Under the pieces are notes generated by a model. The model was not told where the DNA came from. It was given only the letters and a program-made list of their open reading frames with translations, and did not search any database. DNA of 64,000 nucleotides from contig CBFDEM010000052.1 in NCBI GenBank assembly GCA_965603825.1, positions 575,579 to 639,578 on the forward strand. The letters are read 5' to 3'. How positions within the stretch are numbered: position 1 is the first letter of the stretch; each line of letters begins with the position of its first letter. The position numbers were made by a program, and so were the translations under genes. This DNA comes from Blepharisma stoltei ATCC 30299 (lineage: Eukaryota; Protista; Ciliophora). Shown here in pieces: positions 11,738 through 23,732 of this stretch.

Positions 11738-14011
11738 TTAACTGTTGCTAGCGTCTGACTGCTTTCTTTTAATTGCAATATCAGAAGTCCCTAGAATTTG
11801 CCGCTTTTCGACTTCAAAAGATTTAGACACTGCACTGCTGTATCCAACTGTCGATCTTCTAGCTTTTCCTTTATCCTCCCAATGATTATAATTCGCTTTC
11901 ATTTGGTCCAAGCATGACCTTGTAATTGTATCTGACCTTAAAAACTGGCATCATACATCAAACAGCGGAATACAAATATTTTTCAAAAATCCAGCTTGGC
12001 TTTTAGGGATATCAGCGTTTTCTCTGTCACAGTACATAGAAATCGGCTGCCTTCTTGACCTTTCAATATCTCCTTGTTTATAAAATTCTTCGCATACTAA
12101 ATCTGTCCATTTTTCATGCAATTCTTTAATTTTTGCACTGTGCCCTATATCTGCACATTTCAGCCCCATCGCCAAAATTAGTGTTTTGTCATCTTGATTG
12201 TCCAAATTTAGATCAGAAAGACTTAAAGCTCTAGTTCTGAACCTCCCCAGAATCTCAAAATGTCTTGACATGTCAGTTTCAAGGACCATTTCAATTATTA
12301 ATTTTCTCGATTTAACCCAGTCATCACTAGATAATTTTTCAAAAATATTGCAGCCTGTTTTTCCCATAATACTAAAAATCTTAAAACAATGCATGTTTTC
12401 TAATACACTTATGTCATTATATTGGATTGCTATTTCGTCTCTATTGTTTACTAAGAATCTATTTGTCAGTCCTGGATGACCTACATCGTGGCCTAATGAT
12501 GCAACTAAAGAAGAAATTGTGTCAAGCGGGCTCAAATTTCTGAGGAATTCTCCATTAAAATAAAAAAATAAAAGAGTGTGCAGCACATCAGCAGCATGGC
12601 ACGCATTGTGATATGGATTATGGTTATACCCCTAAATAGCTATTACTTTTTCCAATGTCTGGAAATACTTGTCACATACGTCTTCTGGTATGTTAAAAGC
12701 CTCAATTAAATTTCACTTTTTAAAAAAATATTTTGCTATAATAAAAATGCTATGTCCAGTTGTATTATATACAAACCAGATATCAAAATTCCAGTTTTTT
12801 CCAACAGAAAAAAGCACGCTTTCCAGCTCAGCGACTCCGTAGCTATGAAAAGGAAAATCGGTTTCCTTTTCTGTTATATCGCTCATTGTTACTTTTCGTT
12901 CATTATTGCGGTCTCTTGTGCTTTCAATAGTGACATTCATGTAATTTTCTCTGATAAATGCTTTATCCTGCTCATCAATATTCATATGGGTTTCTATTTT
13001 TACATCGTCAAAAAATGATCCGTGAGCGATTCTCCTTTTGACTTTTTCTATTAATCCCATGGTCTGTTTTAGTCTTTTTTTGACGTCTTTAAATATGATG
13101 ACATGGTAGGCATATTTAAGCTCTTGCTTTATTTTGTCGCATGAACTTATAAGGATTTCAGTTTCTGATTTAATGTCAGGTTTATTGGTGTTTTCATCAA
13201 CTTTTAGATCGTGCTCGATGCCTTCTTCTTCTTTTTCTTTTCTTCAGAACAGCTGCCGAGTTCTGAAATCAATTTTTTGAGAGTCGAGGATTTGGAGCAC
13301 AAAAAATAATGCGATAAGTGAAAATTCACTTAGAGTGGAGTATGTTGATAGTCGGGAATAGCCAACTTCTAGTCCTAAAAATAAAATTAAAGCATAAGTT
13401 GCTAAGATTACTAAATAGTAAAAGCATTCAAATAGAACTAGCCTCATCAAAACCAAAAAACACACAATACCTATCGATGTCGGCAGGCGGCTGCTAGTAT
13501 GATTAGAATCTGTAATTTCTGATAAAACTCGGTGATCTCCCACTATCAAATAACTCAAAAAAGCCAAGCCCAGCATCAAAAAAAATACTCTGTTTTTCAT
13601 AAGAAACCATTGTTTTTTATATATACAGATCAGCCAGATATACGAAACCAAAGTTATCCCACCTAAGCAAATTAGGTGGAAAACCAGCTGAATATCTGAC
13701 AGATTTCCTTCTGAATGTAGTAATAAAGCAGTTGTAATCAGTATGACTATATATATTGACAAAAATAGGTAAAACATCAATAAATTGCTTTTAAACTCTG
13801 CAGAAGGCTTTGAAATTTCATCTTTGCATGTGTACAAGGTTTGGATGTATTTCTGGTTTAAAGCTTTGTCAGCGAAATTTAATAAATTGGGACTGACTGG
13901 AAGATAAGATACCTCGCGCTCCTCGTGCTGCAAAATACTATAAACTGGAGAATTGCTTTGTTTTGATATTGGATTCTCGGCGAAATTCATATCAAGGACC
14001 TTTGAAGACAT
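11738..14011 (-). CDS. Membrane-anchored class I cyclic nucleotide phosphodiesterase; 15-nt intron 12632-12646
   Basis: N-terminal TM helices; NPYHNACHAADV follows intron GTAATAGCTATTTAG; HDVGHPG, LENMH, KCADIGH. In-frame TGA at 13244, 12713 and 11951. Confidence 0.92.
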
Positions 14012-14471
14012 TAGAATTTTATTAATTTTATTTGGAAGATTAACAGATTTAATTGAGGGTTAGTTTATCGATGCAGAAGGTTATGAAATTATTTGGCAGG
14101 ATTAATTGATAGTAAAATGGAAATAGATAAGCTGCTTAAATATTGGATTATTTAAGTGGATTTTCTTTTGAAAAATCCTTAATCAAGGTGCTAATATTTA
14201 AGGAGATTTATGATTTGCAGTTTTAAGTTATAATTATTATATTATCAGAAAATGAATTTATTGATTAAAATGATTTAGACAAAATAAATTGCTTCATAGT
14301 TGATAATTCCATTAGTAAATCTTGCCATAGAATTCCCTAACACTTATCTATTTTAGTTTAATACTCATAAACAAGAATAAATAAATATTTCTTATCTTAT
14401 TTAGTGTTTTTTCTTAAAAATTCCTACTAATTTGCTAATAAATCCAGATTCTATTAAAAGGCTGTAATAAA

Positions 14472-15731
14472 ATGGATGCGCAACCTGGAAACCTAGAAGA
14501 GACTAAGACTGATGTTGTAGTCACAACCTCTGAAGATGGTGAAAACGTTTACGCATCCGATAAGTCCTGGACTGATCTGCTCATTGAAGAGTCCATCATT
14601 AGGAATTTGCATCTAAAATCTTGGCTGAAGCCTACATTCATTCAAGGTGCAGCCATCCCCACCATCATGAAAGGCCGAAACATCGTTGCGCAGTCCAAAA
14701 ATGGCACAGGCAAAACAGGTGCATTTGTGATAGGCTCATTATCAATGATTGATAAGGATTTCCCACCTCTTCAAGCAATCTGCATTTCCCATACTCGTGA
14801 ACTCAATCAGCAGAACTACAACGTCTATTTATCCATTGCCAATGAAACTGGCATCTCAGTCGGAATTATCCAGAAAGGTGACAGAGACATTCCTCGATGT
14901 CATGTATTGTGCACCACACAAGGAAGCTTGCTGAAGCTTCTCAAGGAAAAAGAGCCAAGAGTGTTCGACAACGTAAAGGTAATTGTGTACGACGAAGCAG
15001 ATATGATGTTCCAGCACGAAGACAACATCAGAATTATACGAGAAGTTCGTAAAAGACTGAGAGACACCCAACAAGTCCTTTTTTCAGCGACTTTTGATGA
15101 GAAAGTGATGAAATTTATCAATGAGCAAATTCCTAATCCAGTTACCATCAGGATTGAAAATGTTGAAGACTTGACTTTGGAAAATGTAGACCAATACGTG
15201 ATTCAATGCGAGCACCAACAAAAGTTCAATACTGTCGTAGACATTGTCAGGAGGGTCCCATTTAGGATGTGTATTATCTTTTGTAATACAAAAGATTATA
15301 TTCATAGATTACATCAACATTTAGGAGCACAAGGATTCAGAGCTCACGTCATTGCAGCTGGAATTGTAGACGAGTCTGTCAGAGATGAAGTTATTAAGAA
15401 AATCCAAGGAGGAGATGTCAGCATTTTGCTATCAACAAATGTCCTCAGCCGAGGTGTCGATTTCAGACTGGTAAGCTTGGTTATTAACATGGACCCACCA
15501 ACTTATAAGGAAGGGGAAGTATTTTTGCCAGACCCAGTTACTTATTTGCATAGGGTTGGGAGAACAGGAAGATATGGAAGAAGAGGAGTCGCTGTAAACT
15601 TGGTGACAAATGCAGAAAGCCAAACAGTCTTTAGGACAATTCAGGAGTATTATCATAAGGCCATGTCGGGAACCACAATAGATGCACTAGTACAAAGAAT
15701 GGAAGAAGTTAAAGCAGATTACAACGTTTAA
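14472..15731 (+). CDS. DEAD-box RNA helicase, Dbp5/DDX19-like
   Basis: AQSKNGTGKT, DEAD, SAT, TNVLSRGVD, TYLHRVGRTGRYG. Confidence 0.9.
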   Translation: MDAQPGNLEETKTDVVVTTSEDGENVYASDKSWTDLLIEESIIRNLHLKSWLKPTFIQGAAIPTIMKGRNIVAQSKNGTGKTGAFVIGSLSMIDKDFPPLQAICISHTRELNQQNYNVYLSIANETGISVGIIQKGDRDIPRCHVLCTTQGSLLKLLKEKEPRVFDNVKVIVYDEADMMFQHEDNIRIIREVRKRLRDTQQVLFSATFDEKVMKFINEQIPNPVTIRIENVEDLTLENVDQYVIQCEHQQKFNTVVDIVRRVPFRMCIIFCNTKDYIHRLHQHLGAQGFRAHVIAAGIVDESVRDEVIKKIQGGDVSILLSTNVLSRGVDFRLVSLVINMDPPTYKEGEVFLPDPVTYLHRVGRTGRYGRRGVAVNLVTNAESQTVFRTIQEYYHKAMSGTTIDALVQRMEEVKADYNV

Positions 15732-15977
15732 TCTAACATTTAGTTATAAATAATGCCTAGATTAATATATTTTATTTTAAGATTTAAAATTATAAAATTC
15801 TTATGCTTAAAGTGCCCTAGAAACTTCTTTAAAATTATTAGAGGTTATACATTAACTTAAGCTTTATTTGAATAAATCATACATATAGGCTACCAGAGCT
15901 GACCCTTAGGAAAAATTCGTTATTCTAATTATTCGCAAACAAGTAAAAAAGTTTACTGAAAAATTAAATAAAAAATA

Positions 15978-16790
15978 ATGGAAGGTAGAATTTTTGTTGA
16001 TACGCAATCTGCAAATGACATGCTAAATAGCGACTCAGCATACATTATTGATTCAACTCTCCTAAATAATGAAGACTCAAGACGCAAATTTATCCAATGC
16101 CGAATAAGAGGTGCTAAATATTTTAACATTACAGAAATCAGAGATACAACTGCTTCAATATCATTAGCTTGGCCTACAGCAGCTCAATTTGCTGAAGCAA
16201 TGGTAAAAATTGAGATCCCGAATAATGGGAAAAGTGTCATTGTTTATGATCAAACCGGAATTGGAACTGCTTCCAGAGCATGGGTAATGCTAAAATATTT
16301 TGGCTATCCAAATGTTTTCATTCTTGACGGCGGACTTCCTAAATGGCTATCAGAAAGAAGACCCACTGATACTGGAGAATATCTAATAACCCACTCACTG
16401 CCAGTAAACCCATTTCACTATATAACCTCTGAACATCACGAAATGAGAGCCCTCATAAACACCGTTGAACAAGTTGTAAATCAGCTAAAAAACGGAGATT
16501 TAAGCACTACCATTTGGGACGCTCGACCTCCTAATACATTCCAAAATGGCAGCGTCCCTGGCGCAATAAATTTCTCAGCCTCAAATTTTTTTAACGACGA
16601 TAAAACAGTCAAATCCCAAGATGAAGTCCGTTCCCTTCATTCCCAAAATGGCTTGTCCAATGGAGTTATAACTTCCTGTTTTAAAGGAAATTTCGCTTCA
16701 TTAGCATATGTATTGCAAAAATACGCGGGAAATGATAACGTTCGGGTCTATACAGGGTCATACGAAGAGTGGAAAAAGCTTAAAGGTTAA
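15978..16790 (+). CDS. Tandem-rhodanese sulfurtransferase (TST/MST family)
   Basis: ASRAWVMLKYFG..ILDGGLPKW, DARP, VYTGSYEEW. Confidence 0.88.
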   Translation: MEGRIFVDTQSANDMLNSDSAYIIDSTLLNNEDSRRKFIQCRIRGAKYFNITEIRDTTASISLAWPTAAQFAEAMVKIEIPNNGKSVIVYDQTGIGTASRAWVMLKYFGYPNVFILDGGLPKWLSERRPTDTGEYLITHSLPVNPFHYITSEHHEMRALINTVEQVVNQLKNGDLSTTIWDARPPNTFQNGSVPGAINFSASNFFNDDKTVKSQDEVRSLHSQNGLSNGVITSCFKGNFASLAYVLQKYAGNDNVRVYTGSYEEWKKLKG

Positions 16791-16831
16791 ATTTTTCATT
16801 AAAAAGTGTAAATGCTTCTCCATATTTCTCT

Positions 16832-18034
16832 ATGTCAAAGCCAATTTTTATTCTCTTCACGTTGGCTTTACTGCTTGGAATTATTTCAGGGGATACAATT
16901 GTAAGCGTGGTGTCGACTTTTCGACATGGGGCAAGATCGCCTATAGATAAATCATCATGGGACTTAGGAGTGTGGCCTCAAGGATATGGCGAATTAACTC
17001 CTGAAGGGTATAGGCAACATTATTTGAATGGGAAGGAAATGGCTTATAGGTATATAGAGCAAGCTCAGCTGATAAGCCCAAAGTTTAGCGTTTCTGAGAT
17101 TTACATTCGATCAACTGATTTGAATCGAACTGTAATGAGTGTGCAAAGCCAACTATATGGAATGTTCTCAAATGGTCCTCAACTCGCACAGACAGCATTC
17201 AATCAAAAAGCAGTTCCTCCACTCCTCAATGTTCAAAACCAGCAGCAAGCTATTACAGCATTAGGAGAACATGCACTTCCTAATGGTTACCAGCCAGTTC
17301 CAGTTCATGTTGTCTCAGCAAGTTATGATAACATGCTGGTCGGAAGCTCAATTGCAGCGTGTCCTAGAATGGCAGAAATTCTGCAGGCGCAGCAACAAAC
17401 TGATATTTACAAACAAAAAGTTGCAGCTTATACCCAAGGGCTACAAAAACAAATATCTCAAGTTTTTGGGATAACTGTTTCCTATGAAGTCGCAGGATAT
17501 ATGGCCGACACATTGACTACTGACAAGTTTCATAAGTTTGACTGGCCTCCAGGAGTTACTGACGAAATGTATTATCAAATGTATGGAAATCAGAACTATA
17601 CAAACAGCTATTTTTATACACCTGAAGCCTCAAGCTTGGCTGGGTCTCAATTTTTCCAAGCCATTTTAGACCAGTTTGATGGGACTATCAGCGGTACATC
17701 CACAAGGAAATTTGGATTTTATTCAGCCCATGATACAACACTTATAGCATTTTTAAATTTCCTTGGAGTTTTTGATGGGAATAACCCTATTTATGCGTCC
17801 ACTTTGATTTTTGAGCTTCATAACAATAATAATGCCTATGCTGTCCACATTTCTTATAATGGTGCCTCAATTCTACTTGATGGGTGCGTAGATCCGTGCC
17901 CTTATGCAACATTTAAAGAAATGATGCAGGAAAAAATCATTGCTAATGTAACGGAAGCCTGCCAGTTGCAGAATGATGAAGCTGAGCTGAGTTATAATTA
18001 TAACCCCTACCTTGATATCAACGCTTTATCATAA
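16832..18034 (+). CDS. Secreted/lysosomal histidine acid phosphatase
   Basis: Signal peptide, RHGARSP, SAHDTT. Confidence 0.93.
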   Translation: MSKPIFILFTLALLLGIISGDTIVSVVSTFRHGARSPIDKSSWDLGVWPQGYGELTPEGYRQHYLNGKEMAYRYIEQAQLISPKFSVSEIYIRSTDLNRTVMSVQSQLYGMFSNGPQLAQTAFNQKAVPPLLNVQNQQQAITALGEHALPNGYQPVPVHVVSASYDNMLVGSSIAACPRMAEILQAQQQTDIYKQKVAAYTQGLQKQISQVFGITVSYEVAGYMADTLTTDKFHKFDWPPGVTDEMYYQMYGNQNYTNSYFYTPEASSLAGSQFFQAILDQFDGTISGTSTRKFGFYSAHDTTLIAFLNFLGVFDGNNPIYASTLIFELHNNNNAYAVHISYNGASILLDGCVDPCPYATFKEMMQEKIIANVTEACQLQNDEAELSYNYNPYLDINALS

Positions 18035-18628
18035 TAAAGTTAATAGATTTTAAGTATAAAAAAATAAATACGAAAAATAGATTTATTAAATTGGCAGTTT
18101 CTCATTGTGTTTTATAATTAATTTTTTTATTTTGGATATCTTATCTTATCTTTATGTTTAAAGCGGAAGATTCCGCACTTCTCTCGTTTAAAATCAAAAA
18201 ATCTAAAACTTCAAACACTTCAAAAACAACAAAACTCTAACTTCTGTGATAAACCTTAATAGAATTTCAGAAACAGCGCCAGCAACATTAGTTGAAGCAT
18301 CAATGATGAACCACCCACTCGATCCTCCGATGTGAGCCACCAAACAATGCAGACTCTGCCACACCAAGTCCTCCAGTTCCCACAAACTCCATAAGCTTCA
18401 TCAAATTTCCTCAAACTCTCACAAAACTCCTTCAAACTTTTGGCACGAAAATGCGCCCTGTTAAAAATTTAATTATTTATTTTGGATATAAAATAAATCT
18501 AGCTTTAATTTATAAGTATATTTACTTATAGTTTTACTAAAAGTATAGATTCTATTAATTATTTTGAAAATATTATTTTATTTTACCATATTGCCTACAA
18601 AAAAATTCCCTCACATATAATTAAGAAA

Positions 18629-18823
18629 ATGGGCAACACTACAGTAAGACAAGGCTTTACGTCTTTTTTATTCCCCAGCAATTACTCTAGCCCTTTTAAC
18701 TCAAAATTCACTCCTGCAGTATTCCCATGTGAGCAACCCCGCCAAATCAAGATTAACGAAAATACCCCTTCTTTTATGCTTGACGAAGGAAAAGTATGGG
18801 CAAGCGCGCTCTATGTCGATTAA
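18629..18823 (+). CDS. Small hypothetical protein, 64 aa
   Basis: ATG-TAA ORF, GC-richer than its AT-rich flanks; no recognised motif. Confidence 0.45.
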   Translation: MGNTTVRQGFTSFLFPSNYSSPFNSKFTPAVFPCEQPRQIKINENTPSFMLDEGKVWASALYVD

Positions 18824-19275
18824 TTAGCTTGCATCAGCCTTCATGATATATTTAACTAATTAGAATGGCTTTTATATTGGTTTATAAAATTAATGTAAGA
18901 TGGAAGAATATAAAATAAAAGCAAACTAAACTTAAGCTTAAATTGAGCAAATTCTTAGATTAGGAGTCAAGTTTTATGCAAAAAATCTGTAGAAAGAATA
19001 TTTAATAAATGGGTAAATGTATTAATAAAGTATCCTGCTATAAATTAATTGAATAAGCAACAATGGGGCAGCTAATACTTTTTAATATGCTTTTTATCTG
19101 AAGATATTCTTTTTATAGGCAAGTATTGATTATTGAATCGAAATAATCTAAAAATACAAAAAAATGTTGTGTGTCAGAAAATACAAAAGTTTATAAAATA
19201 TAAAAATGGGGCGAAAATCATTAGAAATTAGATTATAAATAACAGTAAATGATAAAACTAAGCAGATAAATTTTA

Positions 19276-19605
19276 TTATTTTTGTATCAAAACTCCTTTG
19301 GCTTCATTCACTTTTGTTGCAAGATAAGTTGATCCTCCATTATCAGGATGGTTTAAAAGCATCAGCCTTTTGTGAGCAGAAAGAATCTTGTCCTCTGGAG
19401 CTGACTCTCTGACGCCAAGGATTAAAGATGCCTCCCTTCTTGTCATCGGATTTTCAAATGGGCCCATATATAGCTTAGCTCTTGATGAATCCAAGCTTAA
19501 GCCTCCTGCTTTTGCTGCTTTTGACTGTCTGATTGCACGAATAACCACTTTGCTTGAGGCTGCAGCAAATATTAAGCCAAGGCCAATAAGAGCGAAGTGT
19601 GACAT
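19276..19605 (-). CDS. PAM18: Mitochondrial import motor J-protein Pam18/Tim14
   Basis: MTRREASLILG, LLNHPDNGGSTYLATKVNEAK. Confidence 0.93.
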   Translation of the reverse strand: MSHFALIGLGLIFAAASSKVVIRAIRQSKAAKAGGLSLDSSRAKLYMGPFENPMTRREASLILGVRESAPEDKILSAHKRLMLLNHPDNGGSTYLATKVNEAKGVLIQK

Positions 19606-19899
19606 TTTATTTATAATTGTTATGCTTGAAGTAAAATTATGAGAATTTATATGATTTTTATTAAACTAATCCAAATTTGATGACCCATTACAATTCATTG
19701 TTTCAGATAAACTTATGATAGTCATAAATCAAGGATTCATCAACTAAATATTTAGCAATTTATGAATCAATAAGCCAAATTTATAGTGAGAAAATAATAA
19801 TCTAACATTATAGCGATATTTAGATTTTCATCAAAATAATTTCCTGAGAAAATGATTATGCACTTTCCAGCCATTTTTAACAATTTTTCATAATTTGAA

Positions 19900-20805
19900 A
19901 TGGAAAGAATCGAGCGATATCAAAAGATAGAGAAAATCGGAGAAGGCACCTATGGTGTCGTTTACAAGTCCCGAGACCGAAACACAGGAGAAATAGTTGC
20001 ATTGAAGAAGATCCGACTCGAGTCAGAAGATGAAGGGGTCCCATCTACAGCAATTCGTGAGATCTCATTGCTCAAAACCTTAAGACACCCAAATGTGGTG
20101 AAGCTTCATGACGTGGTTCACACAGATCAAAAGTTATACTTGATATTTGAGTTCCTTGACCATGACCTAAAAAAGCATATGAACGTCTTAGGCTCACCAT
20201 TACCTCCTATGACAGTAAAAAGTTTCCTATACCAAATCCTTTCTTCATTAGCCTACTGCCACACTCATAGAGTCCTGCATCGGGATTTAAAACCTCAAAA
20301 CATCCTTATTGATCTACAAGGAAGTGTCAGACTTGCCGATTTTGGTTTGGCAAGAGCTTTTGGTCTGCCTATTAAAACATATACCCATGAAGTGGTTACA
20401 CTTTGGTATCGTGCCCCAGAAATCCTATTAGGAGCTAGGCAATATTCAACACCTGTAGATATTTGGTCAGTCGGATGCATTTTTGCAGAAATGGCTCAAA
20501 AAAGGGCGCTGTTTATGGGAGACTCAGAGATTGATCAGCTTTTTAAGATTTTCAGGGTGCTTGGGACGCCATGTGAAGAAACGTTTCCTGGGGTTACAGG
20601 GTTTCCTGACTTTAAACCTACTTTTCCGAAATGGAGAGCGCAGAATATAGCAAGATTTGCTTCAAATCTTGATGAGAATGGCATTGATTTGCTATCAAAA
20701 ATGGTATGCTATGATCCAGCCAAAAGAATTTCAGCTAAAGCTGCAATGCTGCATCCATATTTCAATGATCTAGACACTTCGTGCCTAGCTCCATATAATA
20801 TATAA
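19900..20805 (+). CDS. cdc2: Cyclin-dependent kinase, CDK1/2 (PSTAIRE) type
   Basis: [39 protein letters not shown]. Confidence 0.96.
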   Translation: MERIERYQKIEKIGEGTYGVVYKSRDRNTGEIVALKKIRLESEDEGVPSTAIREISLLKTLRHPNVVKLHDVVHTDQKLYLIFEFLDHDLKKHMNVLGSPLPPMTVKSFLYQILSSLAYCHTHRVLHRDLKPQNILIDLQGSVRLADFGLARAFGLPIKTYTHEVVTLWYRAPEILLGARQYSTPVDIWSVGCIFAEMAQKRALFMGDSEIDQLFKIFRVLGTPCEETFPGVTGFPDFKPTFPKWRAQNIARFASNLDENGIDLLSKMVCYDPAKRISAKAAMLHPYFNDLDTSCLAPYNI

Positions 20806-20922
20806 ATAAATTTTATTTATTTGACATTTTAATGCAGTGTACAATTGAATTTCTCTATTAGAAATTACTAAAACTTAAATAAAACCCACTAAAAATTGAG
20901 AAATTTCACTAAAAACGTAAAT

Positions 20923-21555
20923 TTAATCCATCCTAGCTTTTAATGTCCTCGCAGTAATTCCAGCCGGCGTAATGATATAAACTACTGCACCCCACCCTGA
21001 AAACGCGTCCCTATCTAAGGCTGACAACATGCACTGCGACGCCACTTCAAAAAGTTCTTCTGGCTCTAAATCAGGCTTAACAAAGCTTTCACATGCCCCC
21101 AGCATCAATTCAGAAGCAGTTCCAATGCAAAAGAAATTATCTCCATCTGTCATACACCCGATCGAGTCACTAGTCGAAATATAAGGCTCATTATTTTCGT
21201 CTAAGCCAGCCACTATTGGCTCTATGAAATATGGGCCAAATCTTCTGCCATATAGCATATTGGAGATCAGCCATGACAAAGTTTTGGGCTGGATCTGTCG
21301 GTTTTCTTTCAAAGTATAGAGATTAAGCTTGTACTTCAAGTCGGCACCGATTGTCTGGACGTCTCCTCCTAAGCCGATAAAGCCTGCTACACACTTGTCA
21401 GTCATCTTGAAGACACGCTGGAAAGTTGTGCTGACTGTTTTGTATTGGGCGCCGAGACGACGATCCATTGCAACTGCGACACAGTTTTTGCCTTTGATTG
21501 CGAGGACTGAGCCACCGTGGAAATTGAAGATATTTGACTATGTTGATCTTACCAT
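20923..21555 (-). CDS. PSMB3: 20S proteasome beta-3 subunit; 15-nt intron 21538-21552 directly after the ATG
   Basis: ATG|GTAAGATCAACATAG|TCA gives MSNIFNFHGGSVLAIKGKNCVAVAMDRRLG; RRFGPYFIEP, DRDAFSGWG, LKARMD. Confidence 0.94.
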
Positions 21556-21679
21556 CTTGCTAAGTTATTAGAAATATTAGAGGAGAAAATAAATGATAAC
21601 TGCAAACATGGGAAATTCAGCTGCTTAAATGACTATTAATAGTTAATTTATCCAAGAAGATTTCTGAGGAGATTTCGTG

Positions 21680-23168
21680 CTATATTCTATTTGACTCATT
21701 TTTATCATGCTCGGACAGTTTGCTAAGCATGATTTCTGTGAACTCGTCAAAATCGATTTCTCCGTCTCCATTTGTATCTGCTTCCCTCAATATATCTAAG
21801 AAATCAAAATGATTGCGGTCATTACCTCCTAGAGATTGCTTTAACTCGTCAAGAGAAATTTTTCCACTTCCATCAATATCATATACCTTAAAAACTTGGT
21901 ATAATTTTTCCTTGCTTAAAGCTTTTCTCCAATTCATAGCGGTAGTCAAAAACTCTGAGTAATCAATATACCCATTATTATCTAAGTCACAATTTGTCAT
22001 TAATTCATGAACATCCATTTTAACTGCCTGATGCACCTTTTTGATGCCTTTAGTTAGTTCTTCTTCGCTTAATTTTCCATCCCCATTTTCATCAAGGGCA
22101 TGAAAAATTTCCCTGAGATAAGCGATTTCGACATTTGTGGAAAGATGAGACACTATAAAAGTTAAAGTGGCCTTTTGAAGTTTGTTACTTATATTGAAGG
22201 CAATTAAGTTTTTTAAAGATGTAGATACGATTGGGTTATCTTTTATTGAGTTGTTGGCTCGCTGTTTTATTCAATTATTTTCAAAAACTTCATCTATTGT
22301 AGGACGATTTGATGGATTCTTTTTAAGCATTCATTTAATCAGATCTTTTGCTTCTTTTGAAATCCCATCCCATACAGAAAAATCAAAAGAAACTGGCTTT
22401 TCTTGGATTTTTTTATAAAGTGATTGCTCGGATTTTGCTTTGTATGGAACAAGGCCTGATAGCATTATGTAAAGAATAATCCCAAGGCTCCATATGTCAC
22501 ATTTATTATCATAGCTTCCTGAAATCATCTCAGGAGCTGCGAAATAAGAAGTCCCAGTAAATTTAGTAAGTTTTCCGTTTGGTTTTATGAACTGTGAGTG
22601 CTTAAACCCAACAATTTTCAGTTTTGCATCAGCTGACTCGTTTTCAAATAAAATGTTCTCAGGCCTTAAATCTCCATGCACCACGCCAACAGAGTGGCAA
22701 TGCTTAATTCCAAATATAATTTCCCTCATAAACTTAGCTGCCTGATTTTCTGAAAAACTTTCCATTTGGCCCATTCTTTCGAATAATTCTCCTCCATAGC
22801 TCTGTGACTATGTGCAAGTATATTTTATCGTCGTAAACTTCATAAACTTTAATAATATTTGGGTGATCTAATTTTCTCAATACTTCTACTTCATCTAATA
22901 CTTTATCATTTTTATAGCGATCATTTGCATCAACTAAAATAGATTTTATTGCTCGTTGTAAGCCAGTCTTTTTTTCAGTGCCTATTTTGACTTCATAATA
23001 CCCATCTTCTAATCAAGTATCTCCAAGCTCATAATTTTTAGTTACTTTACACTCAAAAAATTTTACAAAATTGCCTTGCTTAATACTCATCTTTCTTGAA
23101 TGAGGCTTTGGCTTGAGTGTTTTTGTCTTTTTCACTTCTTGATCTTGCTGACTTGTGCAGCAACCCAT
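21680..23168 (-). pseudogene. CDPK-like (pseudo)kinase with 4 EF-hands, copy 1, frameshifted by a 5-nt deletion near 22796
   Basis: Colinear with the neighbouring paralog. GAGCTATGGAGGA versus GAGCTTTGCACTGGAGGA; ATG-to-MGQ distance is 394 nt versus 399 nt. Confidence 0.8.
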
Positions 23169-23732
23169 ATTTTTTATTCAGCCATCATTTCAGATTTTTT
23201 TTATTTTCTCCAAATGGACTTTTTTGCATGATTTATTTTTATATTGATAAAAATTTGGTCAAAAGCTATGCTTGATATTGAAATTTATGTAAATTTAAAT
23301 ATGATTAATAGTATTAACATTTTGATGCTTGGTTCCTTATACATAAATAAGACAGCCCAATTTAAGACTTGATTCTGCAATAATAATTTCATAGCTCAAT
23401 TAAAAAGGAAAAGTAAATATTTTCATCTCCCATTTATAAAAGGCTTTTTAATAGGGCGAGGATAGGCAGAATGACATTTTATACCTTCAAATCATTTATG
23501 AGATCTTAATATTTATATATTTTGCAAGTTTCTTCTCCCAAGCATTATAAAAGCAAACCATAAATATGTTTCTTACCAAATCTAAATTATTATAATCTAG
23601 AAGTTAATAAAGCTTTCTTTATCATCTTTATTTCAATCTAAATATTATTAATCAAATGACTCCATAAATTAATAAGTTACAGGGCATATTTAAAAATAAA
23701 ATTGGCTATAATCTAAAAAGAGGAAGATTGTT

